The notes under the pieces: generated by a model
Database searches by the model: none
Told to the model about the DNA's origin: nothing
What the model saw: only the letters and a program-made list of their open reading frames with translations
Made by a program: the position numbers and the translations under genes
Shown here: positions 42,007 through 60,234 of the stretch, piece after piece
How the letters are laid out: each line of letters starts with the position of its first letter
How positions within the stretch are numbered: position 1 is the stretch's first letter
NCBI RefSeq assembly: GCF_009914755.1
Contig: NC_060927.1
Direction: 5' to 3' (one strand)
Length of the DNA: 64,000 bases
DNA from: the human T2T-CHM13v2.0 reference genome, Homo sapiens

Positions 42007-43126
42007 CAGGATTGTCTTGGCTATGCAGGCTCTTTTTCATTTCCATATGAACTTTAAAGTAGTTTTTTCCAATTCTGTGAAGAAAGTCATTGGTAGCTTG
42101 ATGGGGATGGCACTGAATCTGCAAATTACCTTGGGCAGTATGGCCATTTTCACGATATTGATTCTTCCTATCCATGAGCATGGAATGTTCTTCCATTTGT
42201 TTGTGTCCTCTTTTATTTCATTGAGGAGTGGTTTGTAGTTCTCCTTGAAGAGATCCTTTATATCCCTTGTAAGTTTGATTCCTAGGTATTTTATTCTCTT
42301 TGAAGCAATTGTGAATGGGAATTCACTCATGATTTGGTTCTCTATTTGTCTGTTATTACTGTTTAGAAATACTCGTGATTTTTGCACACTGATTTTGTAT
42401 CCTTATCAAAACCACAATGAGATACCATCTCACACCAGTTAGAATGGCCATCATTAAAAAGTCAGGAAACAACAGATGGGGGGGTTATGGAGAAATAGGA
42501 ACCCTTTTGCGCTGTAGGTGGGAGTGTAAATTAGTTCAACCATTGTGGAAGACAGTGTGGTGATTCCTCAAGGATCTAGAACTAGAAATACCATTAGACC
42601 CAGCAATCCCATTACTGGGTATATACTCAAAGGATTATAAATCATTCTACTATAAAGACACATGCACATGTATGTTTATTGTGGCACTATTCACAATAGC
42701 AAAGACTTGGAAACAACCCAAATGTCCATCAATGATAGACTGGATAAAGAAAATGTGGCACATATACACCATGGAGTACTATGCAGCCATAAAAAAGAAT
42801 GAGTTCATGTCCTTCGCAGGGGCATGGATGAAGCTGGAAACCATCATTCTCAGCAAACTAACACAGGAACAGAAAACCAAACAGCACATGTTCTCACTCA
42901 TAGATTGGGATTGAACAATGAGAACACATGGACACAGAGCGGGGAACATCACACACCGGGGCCTGTCAGGGGGTGAGGGGCTGGGGGAGGGATAGCATTA
43001 GAAGAAATACCTAATATAAATGACGAGTTTATGGGTGCAGCAAGCCAACATGGCACATGTATACATATGTAACAAACCTGCACATTGTGCACATGTACCC
43101 TAGAAATTAAAGTATGATTAAAAAAA
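42007..43126 (+). mobile_element. L1PA (~PA6-7) with 5' inversion: antisense ORF2 42007-42403, sense 3' end 42405-43126
   Basis: TSD aaaaa(t/c)ctcaata; minus ORF 42037-42387 ([22 protein letters not shown]); plus ORF 42672-42914. Confidence 0.93.
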
Positions 43127-44409
43127 CCTCAATATAGTGATAACAGATAACTGTTACTTAATTATTCTAAATAAAAATTGTATAATTTTAACAAGAGTCA
43201 CAGATAGTTTTCAGTATGACTTTAGTACAAAGGAAAATGAACAATTAAAGATTTTTTTATTTCCCAGAATATGTGCATTTGAATAAATAGTTTTCAATAT
43301 AAATAATGTCATAGTCAAAAGCATAGTTGATAATTTGGATATTAGTAAGAAAAGGAAACAAAAAACAAAAATATAGCAACTCAAAAAACATAATTTTTGA
43401 ATTATGTTTCTAATACCTCTTGGCTTAATTTTTCAGTGTAAATTATTTTATTTTCCTGTTTAAATTTATTCATCTATAAAATATGCATTTAATAATTTAT
43501 TCATCTGTAAAACATTACTATTCCAATATAGTCTTAAATACATCACAGAAAAGCTAACTGGACTAAGGTTTGATATCAGTGCCTTCTAGTTTATGCTTTT
43601 CATTTGAAAAATGAGACACTGGAGATAGATCTATTTAAAATATTTAGTAAAATATCTTATGAAACCATTTGAAATTGCGAACCAGCTACATAGCAGAAAA
43701 AAATTTTCATATATATATTTTTTACATATGTATACATATATAGTGCTTAGACCCTCGAACAATTTGAATCTGTAGACACACTTTCTAGCCTCCAAGTAAA
43801 TTTTGAAACCCAGGGGAGTGAATACCCAGCAGATGGCTACATAAACATAGCACTCAGATAGTTGAGTAGTTCCTTTACATTGCCATCTGCCTTGTAATCC
43901 TTTCAGAGATTGAAATCTTTCAACTATAAAATGTTCTGCCAAGATTTCAGAATGCCCATCAGCTTGACTAACAGGTAAGAAGAAATCTGCAATGGATAAA
44001 ACATTCCTTAATATAAATTTTCTAGAAAAAAATTAATATATTTAAAATTAATTAAATGTATTATTATGTCAAGCTTTAGTAGAACAATTGCACTTACAGT
44101 CACATAGCCATCTGCTAGTATTTGCATAGTCATACCTCCTGGGTTTCAAAAACTTATTCCACAAAGATCACAGTGTTTGTCAGTGTACTTGCACACCTGT
44201 CAATCAGTTCTGGTCTCTAAATATGCAGAAAATAAATGTAGGGCAGAGGAGAAATCGACTTAGGTTTCTTAATGTGTCAAAAGTGATTCATAATTCCAAT
44301 CAATGATGAAACAGAGCATTTTAGATTTCTTTATTATACTGGTTTTTATTAATTTAAGACACTAAAACCATTTCTAATGTTTGTTTCTATATTATTTTAA
44401 AACAGGTGA

Positions 44410-45030
<621 letters not shown>

Positions 45031-45469
45031 ATATATTTTTTAAATGGGGGAAAATATATCTTTCCATGCAAAATATGTACTAAGAGTTATTAATGATTGT
45101 TAATATGAGAATGTTTTTGATATCTATTGTACTATCTACTCAATATATATATATATTTTTTTCTATAATACAAGGATATATGTAAACATATATGTATTTG
45201 TTTATTCTATAAAACTAAACCAGGATATGACCCTGACTGTTCTAAAATTGGAAAGTCGTAGGCATCAAGCACTGTATTTAAATTTGTGAGTATGTATGTG
45301 TATATGTGTGTGTTTATGTGTATGTGAGTGTTTGCATATATACAAACTACAAACATTGTCCAGTAATCATTTGCTATTTTTTGTTCCTAGAAACCTGCAC
45401 AATGAAAGGGTAAAAAAGGATTTGCAATGAAAATTACAAAATAATTAGAATTCGATAGTAATAAAAATG

Positions 45470-46907
45470 TACATCTAGCTAAAGAGTATTCATAGGCAAA
45501 TTTAGAGCATTGATACCTGCATTAAAAATGAGAATAGATATAAATAAAAAGAAGTTAAAATAAAATAGCATATTTAAATCCAAGTTTGTAAGATAAATAA
45601 AACATGAGAAAGAAACTTAAAAAACAAAAGTTAGTTTATTAAAAAATAATAAAATAATAAAACCCTAGAAAATTGCTCAAGATTAAAAAAAAAAAACCAC
45701 AAACTATCAATATCAGGAATGAGACAAAACCACCAACGTGGATCTTACATGTTAAAAAGCTGGTGAGAAGATACGATGGGCAGCTTCATTACAACTCATA
45801 AATTTCACAATTTAGCTGAAGACAACCAAGTCCTTAACAAATCCAACTTGGCAAAACAATACATAAAGAGATAGAAAAGCTATATTGTTACATATCTCTT
45901 ATATAAGTTTGAACTATAGCCAAAAACCTGCAAAGAATTTCCAGGCCCAGATGTCTTTACTGGTCAATTCTTCCTAATATTTGTTTGAAATAATGATGAC
46001 AATCTTATACAACCTTTGCTGGAAAACAAATAAAAGGGAAATACAAACCGATATCATTTTATGAGCTCATGCAGAATTTAGGCTTTATAAATCAAACTTT
46101 AGAAAGAATATTATAAAAAAGCAAAATTATAGGGCACTATCTCTCATGAGCTAGCCATAAAAATTCTGTGCAAAATTCTGTGCAAGAATATAGAAAAATG
46201 ATAAAAATTAATCAATACACTTTACCTCTTTAATAGAATAAATGAATAAAAAAGTACTCATTTCAATAGAGGCAGAAAAACAGTTGACAGAAGTAAATAT
46301 CCATAAAATATTTATAAAATAAATTATAAAAAATTACAGATTAAATGAAATATTATTAATTTAATAAAGAGTATACATATAATAGTAACTCATAGCTAAC
46401 ATCATACTTAATTATGAAATATTGAACACTGTCCCTTTGAGCTCATGAACAACTCAAAATGTTAATTATAATTATTTCTATTCAAATTATCCTTAACGTT
46501 CATTAAGATAAGAAGAAAAAAATGTATAAAAGCTGATTTTAGAAGGATAGATATTTACAGTAATTACAAATGACATGATTTTGTAATAGAATAATTCAAA
46601 AGAATCTACAAACTTTTAAAAGTAAAAAATAAAAGGTAATAAGTGAATAAGGAATTTAGCAAAGTCCCTGAGCAATATTCAAAACATTTAACTTTCTATT
46701 AACAGCTAATAATTAGAAAGTAAAACTTTATAAAAATCTACAAAGGTGTTAAATCTTTAGATTGAAATTGAAAAATATTGGAGAAAAACTAAGGAAGCCC
46801 TATAGCATGGAAGGATATTGTATTTATATATTTATAGATTGGATGATCCAAATCTGTTATTATTCAGATTTCTGCATTGACACAGAATACACACAGACAC
46901 ACAAGTA

Positions 46908-46943
<36 letters not shown>

Positions 46944-47620
46944 TATACACAATTATATATGTTTTACATATAGCTGTGCATACATATGTGTGTATATATA
47001 TGTACATATGTATATATATGTACGCACACAGAGAGGGAGAGAGAGAGAGACATTTATTTTAAGGAATTGGCTCATATGAATGTGAAGTCTGACAATTTGA
47101 CAATCTGCAGAGCAGACTGGCAGACTGGAGACCCAGGAAGAGTTGATGTTGCAGCTCAAGTCCAAAGATAGTGTAAAGGTTGAATTTCCTTATAAAATTT
47201 GATTACAGTATCCATTTGTGATATACTGCATATCTCTATTATGAAATCTTACTGGGAATAGTTACTAGTGTCTTTATATCTATTGAGATTAGATAACCAA
47301 TTATAGAAGCTCCAGGATCATTTCAAAACACTCATCCTAAGGTTCTTTTATTCTAAAACCAATCTCAGTACCAAGATGCCAACCCATCTCAGACTATTAT
47401 TTGGAGTCAATATAAGTTTAAGAAGAAGCTCAGAATGTTTTCTGTTGTTTTGGAGATAAACAAATTAATTCTGAAATTTATGTGGAAAATGCAAAGTTAC
47501 TATAATAGTCTAATAGTCTTAAAGAATAACAAATTTGAGAAATCATGATATAAGGTACAAAACTTAATATAAGGATACAATTAAGACAATATGATTTTTG
47601 CATATGGGTAGATACCAGAA
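45470..47620 (+). mobile_element. Ancient L1M ORF2 fragments
   Basis: ccaggcccagatgtctttactggtcaattc; tttcaatagaggcagaaaaa; caaatgacatgatt; aattctgaaatttatgtggaaa. Confidence 0.7.
46855..47190 (-). mobile_element. MLT2-like LTR fragment containing (TA)n/(GA)n microsatellites
   Basis: atttattttaaggaattggctcat...ctggagacccaggaagagttgatgttgcagctcaagtcca. Confidence 0.7.
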
Positions 47621-47669
47621 AAATATATATAATATATATTCTGAGTGTGAGTATGGTTGGATATTCATA

Positions 47670-48060
47670 TTACACATATCTTTTCCCACTGCATTGCTTA
47701 TAGTTTCATACTCTTAATGGTTTATTTTGATTAACAAAACTCTGTAATTATAAAACAGCCCAATATGTTGATCTTTTACTCTATGATTAGTGATTTTTGT
47801 GTTCTGTTGAAGACACAAATTTTTGAAGAGAATCCCCTTTATTTTCTTTCTATTAGCATTATTATTTTAACATTCACATTGGTCTGTCATTAATCTCAAA
47901 GTATTTATTTACATGTGTGGTTTAATATGGTGGTCATGGTTTCTGGGTTTGTTTTTGTTTTTGTTTTGCTTATAGATGTCCAATTGATACAGCACTATTT
48001 ATTTCAAAAGGCAATGCTTTTCTGATGAATTGCAGAGGTGTCTGTGCCACAAAGTAGGCA
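47670..48060 (-). mobile_element. Ancient L1M antisense fragment
   Basis: gatgtccaattgatacagcactatttatt. Confidence 0.55.
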
Positions 48061-49739
48061 ATACCAATGAGCAGACTTCACTTATGTTCTGGATAAATAA
48101 AAGCCTACACAAGGAGCCTTGAACCATAGGATACCCACAACCAGTGTGAGTTGTGCCCCTTCTGAGGTAGCTTGATGAATTATTTTTAGAAATTTTCCTT
48201 AGTAATATGGTGTGAGCTTGAGGTTAAAAGAATAAGGGAAGATTAAAGAGATTAACTTATTCAGTTCAACTTCAGTTATTCACTCTGATTTCTTTCCTAG
48301 TTCTCAAAACTTCTCCCTCATAACTCTGTACTAGAGAGTCTCCCCATGAGTCTGCTCTCAATTTGAATGTAAACACTTGAGGGACATATCTGGGTTTCAA
48401 TGCCTTCCTCTCTAGGTTTCGTACCCAAGGTTCTCTTTTGTGTGTGTGTGTTGTATTGTGAAATGATCGTATTGATACAAAACCTCCTTTGTGTCAAGTG
48501 TTGTGGGTTCAGAACTTTTTCCTACTATTTCCATAGAGAGGTTGGAAATTGAAAAATATGAGATTTAACTTGAATAATATATTGGATATTACCACATTTT
48601 AAATGAAATTTTGTGATTAATAATTATTTGTTAAATCAATTCTTCTTGATGTATTGTATGCTAAAACACACTGGTTGATTTTTGAAAGTTGAGAATCTAG
48701 GAGTTGACGAGATATAACAGGATACATATAACATTCCTGATAAAACAAGAAGTACAAACAACCATAAAAAATATAGTCCTTGAAGAATAACCTTATACAT
48801 ATGTGAACATAATTTTTTAGTTAATTGAAATAATATTAAATGTTATTTGCTTATTTATCTAAACTTCTTTTGAATATTAGGATAAGCATACTCATAGTAG
48901 ACAATTGCAAAAATATACTTTGACAAAATCTCTAGATTATTAAAAATGAGTTTTGTTGCTTAAAGGTCAATTGCAATTTGTAAATGTTTACATACTTCAA
49001 AGTGAATGCTTTCTAATTGATTGCCATTTAAAAAGTATTTTACTATGAGAGCTATTTGGTTTTTGAGTTGCTTTACTTTGATGTATTTTAAAAAATCATC
49101 TTTCTTATCTGTTTTATTATTTCCTTTATTTTTTGTATAGAAACACTGGTTTAAATCATTGAAGTAGCTTCACTACTACTAATCAGAACTAAAATAATTA
49201 AATATCTAGCTATTTATCCCGGAAATGCACAAAAAAGTGTTACACTCTGACTCAAAATCCTCAAATAGGCCATACACTTCATTAGATATATATTAGAATA
49301 TTTCCACCTACTGTATACTTCTCCTTATTTGTGTAACATTTTTGCTGCATTATTGGTAGATAGCCTAAAAATATATGCTCATTGCAAATACTATTTTTAT
49401 TTGTTTGATGCTTTTTGTTAAAATAATAACACTAAAGATTATGGTGGAACTTTCAAAATTATATTTTTTAAAATACATACGTTTAATAGATTGAAACATG
49501 AATAATAATTTTAGAATGCATATTTTAGATTTTTTTTTGACTGGTCATGTAATAAAAAAATATGAAACGGTATTACTACATAAAAGGACCAATGTTTGGT
49601 GTTATACCCAAATCACCTATAATTGAAAAAGAAGAAAAATCAATCAAACGAACACCAGATACCCATTTTAAAAAGTCGAAGTAATAGTGTTATAATGAAA
49701 TAAAAACAATAGGCTCTCAATTGTCCTAGAAGAGATTAA

Positions 49740-50340
49740 TATAACTGGGCTGGGATATACTTTAAGGAGGTGATTTATTGGTTTAAGCGAGATAAGAAGT
49801 GTTTTGAAGGCATTTTCGTAGAAGAGAAAAATGGGAAGGCATAAAAGTTTGAAAGCAATGAAGAACAAACAGAAAAAAACAGTTTTATTGAGGGCACAGC
49901 GGAAGTTAAAATGGCTTAATAGTGTGTGTGCATATAGGAATGGGGATTGAGGTGGGCACTGTCCATTTTGTAACCGGAAATGAATTCAGTGAGCAACACA
50001 GTAACAGTAAATATATTTCAATAAAGAAAAATATGACATAAATCTATGTGAAAAGCAAAGAATAGCAGCACTGAGAAAGAAGAATTGGAGTAATGAGAGA
50101 AAGGGTATTGAAAAAAAAGCATGAAGCTATATTATCCCTATTCTGGTGAGATATACGGGAATCTAAATTAGAGGTGACAAAGACAATGGATAGAATTTAT
50201 TGATCAGTTTGAAAAATATTGCCTATGAAAAACTTAACAATTTGAAAACTGTGTGAATGTAGATAATGAGCAAAAAAGAGGAGTCAAAAATGTCTCCTAC
50301 ATTTTGATCCTTACTGATAATGGTAGTGCATTTTATAGGG
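49740..50340 (-). mobile_element. Probable LINE-2 fragment
   Basis: gaggagtcaaaaatgtctcc and other purine-rich antisense-L2-like motifs. Confidence 0.4.
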
Positions 50341-50549
50341 AGTCTAATTAGATGGCTTCACACTTGAAGTTGGTGAAACCATTATTATCCTACACTGTTT
50401 AGCTATTTTAATTATTACTGCTACAATTTATGAACACTGCACTATAAAGTGTATAGAAATGCATTACAATCCATATTGTCTTGAATATTTTACTGAAAAA
50501 ATAAAGAATAGATGGCAAAGTCAGCATGTAAAAATAATAAAGATAACAA

Positions 50550-51200
50550 AAATTGATTCCCACTCTCATGGTACTAACCAACATAAACCCAACTGTGTAT
50601 GATTAAACATTTAACTGTAAATAATTAAACTTAAAACTATTGGAGAAAACTGTAATAAAAGAGATGGTATTTGACATAAGATATAAAAACATTGACATAA
50701 TTTTTTTTAATTAAAAGGGAAACAAATGAGGTCTCTTCATGTTACATACTAGAATACATGCAAGGTGCATTAGAAAGTTAAATTTTAAAAATAATAAAAT
50801 TTATTTGATGGGTATAAGCTTTGAAAATTTAAAAACCATGTGACAAAGAACAAAGTATAATAATAATTATGAGTAGATGTAACTGCATATAATTACATTT
50901 GTAAATATTAAAAATGAAATTAAAATACATTTGGTAAACTGAAATGAATTATTTTATAAAAATTATAATGAAAACTTTGTAGTCTTAATATAACAGGCAC
51001 AAACAAATAAATTAGGAAAAAAAATTGTGGCAAAAGACATCAACAGACTAGTCACATAAAAGAAAATACATATGAGTAATAACATTTGAAATGTTTTCAA
51101 AATAAGTGAAATAATGAGTAATCTGTTTGCTTATTAGGAAAACATTTCCAGCTGGTAACACTTAAAACTATACACATTGCACACAAACAGACATTCTTAA
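50550..51200 (+). mobile_element. Ancient L1ME-like fragment
   Basis: tggcaaaagacatcaacagac...aaagaaaatacatatgag. Confidence 0.45.
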
Positions 51201-52201
51201 GGTCTGCTGTCAGAAGAAAATGTTTGATAAAATTTAAAGTCTTTTTGAATGAAAATTATAAATCCCTTATATTTCCAACAAGATTTTAAGAAACATATCT
51301 TGAACATTAGAAAATATCTTGAGGCTGTACTTATAATTTTAAGATAAGAATACTGTCAGAATATTTTAATTCTGCAGATATAATAACAGCTCACTTAATT
51401 TACATGAACAATATTTTCTCTGCAATGTAAAAAATTGATACAAAAAAGTAAAATATAGAAACATTAAAATGTCATATATAATTATTGGAATTATGAGTAA
51501 ATTTTTTGTATCTTGCTGTTTTTGCAACTGTTGTTGTTCACTGCTAGATTTATTTACTACGCACAGTATATACCAGTTTGTCAGCTATTTTGCATATGTA
51601 ATTTCGTCTGATATTCAAAAACATCCTAACATCCATGCACAATATATATCATTCCTTCTTTTGCAAATGAGTAAAATAAAAGCAGTGGAAAATATTTTAA
51701 TCTAGTATTATCTTACTTTGAAACCTATGTTCTTTATACTCTCTCTGGCATTTTCTGCTTTCCTTTATTTTCTGGATATTCTATATCATTTTTATGAAAA
51801 TGAATGTCTATTGAATATAAAACACCTACCATGTGTCTCAAATGGTCCTAGACTCTGCAACTCTATGTTGCTGAACATAGTTTCAAAGCAGATTTGGAAC
51901 AGCAAAAATTGTTTTAACTAATTAATATCAGGGACACAGTTTTTAAAACCTTATCTATTTAATCATTTAAGTTTAATTCAATTTAAACCTTATCTGACTA
52001 CAGACAAGAAACATTGACTCTAACAAGGTGAAAGAATTCACATATCCTTATCTAAATTTTTTTAACTTATCATTCCATATTTATCTGAATTCCATTGTTT
52101 CTAAGAATTAGGATCCTAAGTCCACTTCACAGCCCAGACCTAAGATTAACCCCTTTACACACATCTCCACTGTGCTTTGAGTTAATCCAAAACACTGCTT
52201 C

Positions 52202-52497
52202 AGCCACGTTCTGTGGCTCATGCCTGTAATCCCAACACTTTGGGGGGCCAAGATGGGAAGATCGCTTGAGCTCAGGAGTTAAAGATCAGCCTGGTCAACA
52301 TGGCGAAACCCTGTCTCTACAAAAAATACAAAACTTAGCCTGGAATGTTGGTGCGTACGTGTAGACCCAGCTACGCGGGGGGCTGGGGCAGGAGGATCAC
52401 CTGAGCATGGGCGGTCAAGGCTGCAGTGACCCAAGATTGCACCACTGCACTACATCCTGGGTGACGCAGCAAGACCCTGTCTCATGAATAACAGAAA
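52202..52497 (+). mobile_element. AluJ(b) with TSD aaa(a/t)cactgcttc, apparently within an old LTR-like segment (~52000-52680)
   Basis: Alu dimer with J diagnostics; duplicated flank. Confidence 0.88.
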
Positions 52498-55173
52498 TCA
52501 CTGCTTCCTTTATACTTTACCTAAACTTCGCCTCTCTCAAAAATTCAAAAAATAACCCTGTCTCTTTCTTTGCTTGGTGAGAGGCTGCACTTTTGTGTTT
52601 TTGCTTGCCCATGCAAGAATTAAATTCAACCATTCCTTTTTAAAAAATGTGTTGATTTATGATGTGACAATTGGGAGTTTCTACAGAGATATTAACTTGG
52701 AAATCTTTGCCCCATGGAACATTGGGGTTTCTGATATTAACAGTACATGTTCTCAGAGCCTTTTGTATTCCTGATCCAGGTGTCTTTGGTCATTTCATGT
52801 TAAATTAGTTATTTAAAGGTAATTTAAATTCTAATCAATATTTACATCTCTTGCTACTAAATTTAGTAAAACCAATTTTATTAACTGAGAATTTAAAGGA
52901 CACCTCTGAGATTATTCCTCTGATTTATCTCTTTAGGGAGCTCAAGAGGTAAGCCTCTGCTTTACTAATACTTTTTATCTTTTTTTCTGTTCATTTAGTA
53001 TAAAATGAAGATAAATGTACCTTTTTGTTGATCTATGGTTTCTTTTTCCTGATTGTCCTAATTTTCATGGGGCTTAGAAAATAGCGCTAATTTTTAAAAT
53101 ATTTTTCTACTTTCCTCTGTGATACAAGTAAATGGGTCTTTCTAGACTGGCAGGTGCCCCTCTCTGAGCTCTGTATCCATGTAGAGATGCTCTATCCTGA
53201 TGGTCTAGATTTGACTCATTATTATGATTAACATAGTAAAACTTTGTTTCCATATTTCAGTGGCAAACATATTGCAGTTAATAATATAATATACTCTAAA
53301 AATATATTATAGATAATAGTTACAATTATTTGCATGGTGCTGATGGAAATGTCCAAAGTTTAGGAAATTTTTAACAGGTTCCACTAGAAAGTGGCTAAAC
53401 TGACTTTCCCTTTTTTTGTGACAAAATTGTATTCATCTAAGTTTCCCTTCCTTCTTGCAAAGAGAATATAATTAGCCTTTTACAGTGGACTGTGACTAGC
53501 TCTAAATCTGTTCATAACCAACTTTCTTTCATACTCTTTCTCTTTGGAAACTTGGAGCTTAATTTCTAATAAAAATTACCTCATCATGTGCACCATATTG
53601 CAAGATCTAGTCTAGATAATTATATACAATATAAAATAATTATTATTTGCATTATAAGGCCTCTTAAATTTTTTGGAGATTACATGCTAATTGGTGTATA
53701 GATAATACTAATAAACATTCCCATACATTTTAAATTAAAACATAAAAACATAGGACCAGGGTGGAGAAATAACCAATACATCAAATGATTTAATTTTACT
53801 AAAATATGTTTCTGTTGTAGCTGAAGCTCTGAGTCAAGTTAGTTGTGTTGGTTGCTAAGTTACAAGACAAGGAGAAAAACTGAAATTCCAGCACTTATTT
53901 TTAAAAACTCAAGTTTTGGGATTCCCAGGCAAGATGGCTGAATAGGAATAGCTCTGGTCTGCACCTCCCAGCGAGACCAATGCAGAATTTGGGTGATTTC
54001 TGCATTTCCAGCTGAGGTACCCTGCTCACTTCATTGGGACTGGTTAGACAGTGGGTGCAGTCCAAGGAGGGTGAACAGAAGCAGGGTGGGCATCACCTCA
54101 CCTGGGAAGAGTAAAGGGTCAGGGAACTCCCTCCCCTAGCCAAGGGAAACCATGAGGGGCCTGGATTTTAAGCACAAAACTGAGAGGCCATTTAGGCAGA
54201 CACTGAGCTAGCTGCAGGAGTTTTTTCTGTTTGTTCGTTTGGTTTTTTTCATACCCCAGTGTCACCTGGAGCGCTAGCGGGACAGAACCATTCACTCCCC
54301 TGGAAAGAGGGCTGAAACCAGGGAGCCAAGTGGTCTTGCTCAGTGGATCCCACTCCCATGGACCCCAGCAAGCTAAGACCCCCTGGCTTGAAATTCTCAC
54401 TGCCTGCACAGCAGTCTGAATTCAACCTGGGACACTCGAGCTTGGTGGGAGGAGGGGTGTCCACCATTACTGAGGCTTGAGTAGGTGGTTTTCCCCTCAC
54501 AGTTTTAACAAAGCCACCAGGAAGTTCAGACTGGGTGGAGTACACCACAGTGCTGCAAAGCCCCTTTAGGCAGACTGCCTCTCTAGATTCCTCCTCTCTG
54601 GGCAGGGTATCTCTGAAAGAAAGGCAGCAGCCCTAGTCAGGGGCTTATAGATAAAACTCCTATCTTCCTGGGACAGATCACCTGGGGGAAAGGGCGGCTA
54701 TGAGGACACCTTCAGCAGACTTAACATTCTTGCCTGCAGACTCTGAAGAGAGCAGCGGACCTTTCAGCACAGCGCTAAAGCTCTGCTAAGGGACAGACTG
54801 CCTCCTCAAGTGGATCCCTGACCCCAATGCCTCCTGATGGGGAGACAACTACCATCAGGGGTCAACACACACCTCATACAGGAGAGCTCTGGCTGCCATC
54901 TGGTGGGTACCCCTGTGGGACAAAACTTCCAGAGGAAGGAGCAGGCAGCAATTTTTGCTGTTCTGCAGACTCTGCTGGTGTTACCCAGGCAAACAGGATC
55001 TGGAGTGGACCCCCAGCAAACTCCACCAGAAATGCAGAAGAGGGGCCTGACTGTTACGAGGAAAACTAACAAACAGAAAGCAATAGCATCAACATCAACA
55101 AAAGGACGACCATGCAAAAACTCCATCCACAGGTCACCAACGGCAAAGACCAAAGATAAATAAATCCATGAAG

Positions 55174-56194
55174 ATGAGGTAAAAGCAGCACAAAAAGGCT
55201 GAATATTCCAAAAACCAGAATGCCTCCTCTCTAAAGGATCACTACTCCTCCCCAGCGAGGGAACAAAATGGGGTGGAGAATGAGTTTGACAAATTGACAG
55301 AAGTAGGCTTCAGAAAGTGAGTAATAACAAATTGCTCCGAGCTAAAGGAGCATGTTCTAACCTAATGCAAGGAAGCTAAGAACCTTGCTGAAAGGTTAGA
55401 GGAATTGCTAACTAGAATAACCAGTTTAGAGAAGAACATAAATGACCTGATGGAGCTGAAAAACACAGCATAAGAACTTTGTAAAGCATACACAAGTATC
55501 AATAGCCAAATTGATCAAGCGGGGGGAAAGATTATCAGAGATTCAAGATCAACTTAATGAAATAAAGCATGAATACAAGATTAGAGAAAAAATAATAAAA
55601 ATAAATGAACGAAGCCTCCAAGAAATATGGGAATATGTGAAAAGACCGGCCTATTTTGATTGGTTTACCTGTAAGTGATGGGGAGAATGGAACCAATTTG
55701 GAAAACACACTTCAGGATGTTATCCAGGAGAACTTCCTCAACCTAGCAAGACAGGCCAATATTCAAATTCAGGAAATACAGAGAACAGCACAAACATACT
55801 CCTTAAGAAGGGCAACCCCAAGACACATAATCGTCAGATTCGCCAAGGTTGAAATAAAGAAAAAAAATGTTAAGGGAAGCCAGAGAGAAAGGTCGGGTTA
55901 CCCACAAAGGGAAGCCCATCAGACTAACAGCAGATCTCTCCAGAAACCCTACAAGCCAGAAGAGAGTGGGGGCCAATATTCAACATTCTTGAAGAAAAGA
56001 TTTTTCAACCCAGAATTTCATATACAGCCAATCTAAGCTTCATAGTTGTAGGAGAAATAAAATACTTTACAGACAAGAAAATGCTGAGAGATTTTGTCAC
56101 CACCAGGCCTGCCTTACAAGAGCTCCTGAAGGAAGCGTTAAATATGGAAAGGAAAAACCAATACCAGCCACTGCTAAAACAAAGCAAAATGTGA
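55174..56194 (+). pseudogene. Disrupted L1 ORF1
   Basis: LENTLQDVIQENFLNLARQANIQIQEIQRT...TPRHIIVRFAKVE; stops and frameshifts. Confidence 0.9.
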
Positions 56195-56257
56195 AGACCA
56201 TTGACGCTATGAAGAAACTGCATCAACTAATGGGGAAAATAACCAGCCAGCATCATA

Positions 56258-60158
<3,901 letters not shown>

Positions 60159-60234
60159 ATTTATATAACATATAATTTATATATATATTTCTTTATATGT
60201 TTATATATTATAATATATAGTTTATATATAATAA

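Noticed and set aside
46762-47171. YI-repeat ORFs
   Set aside because: Translations of TA/CA microsatellite within MLT2
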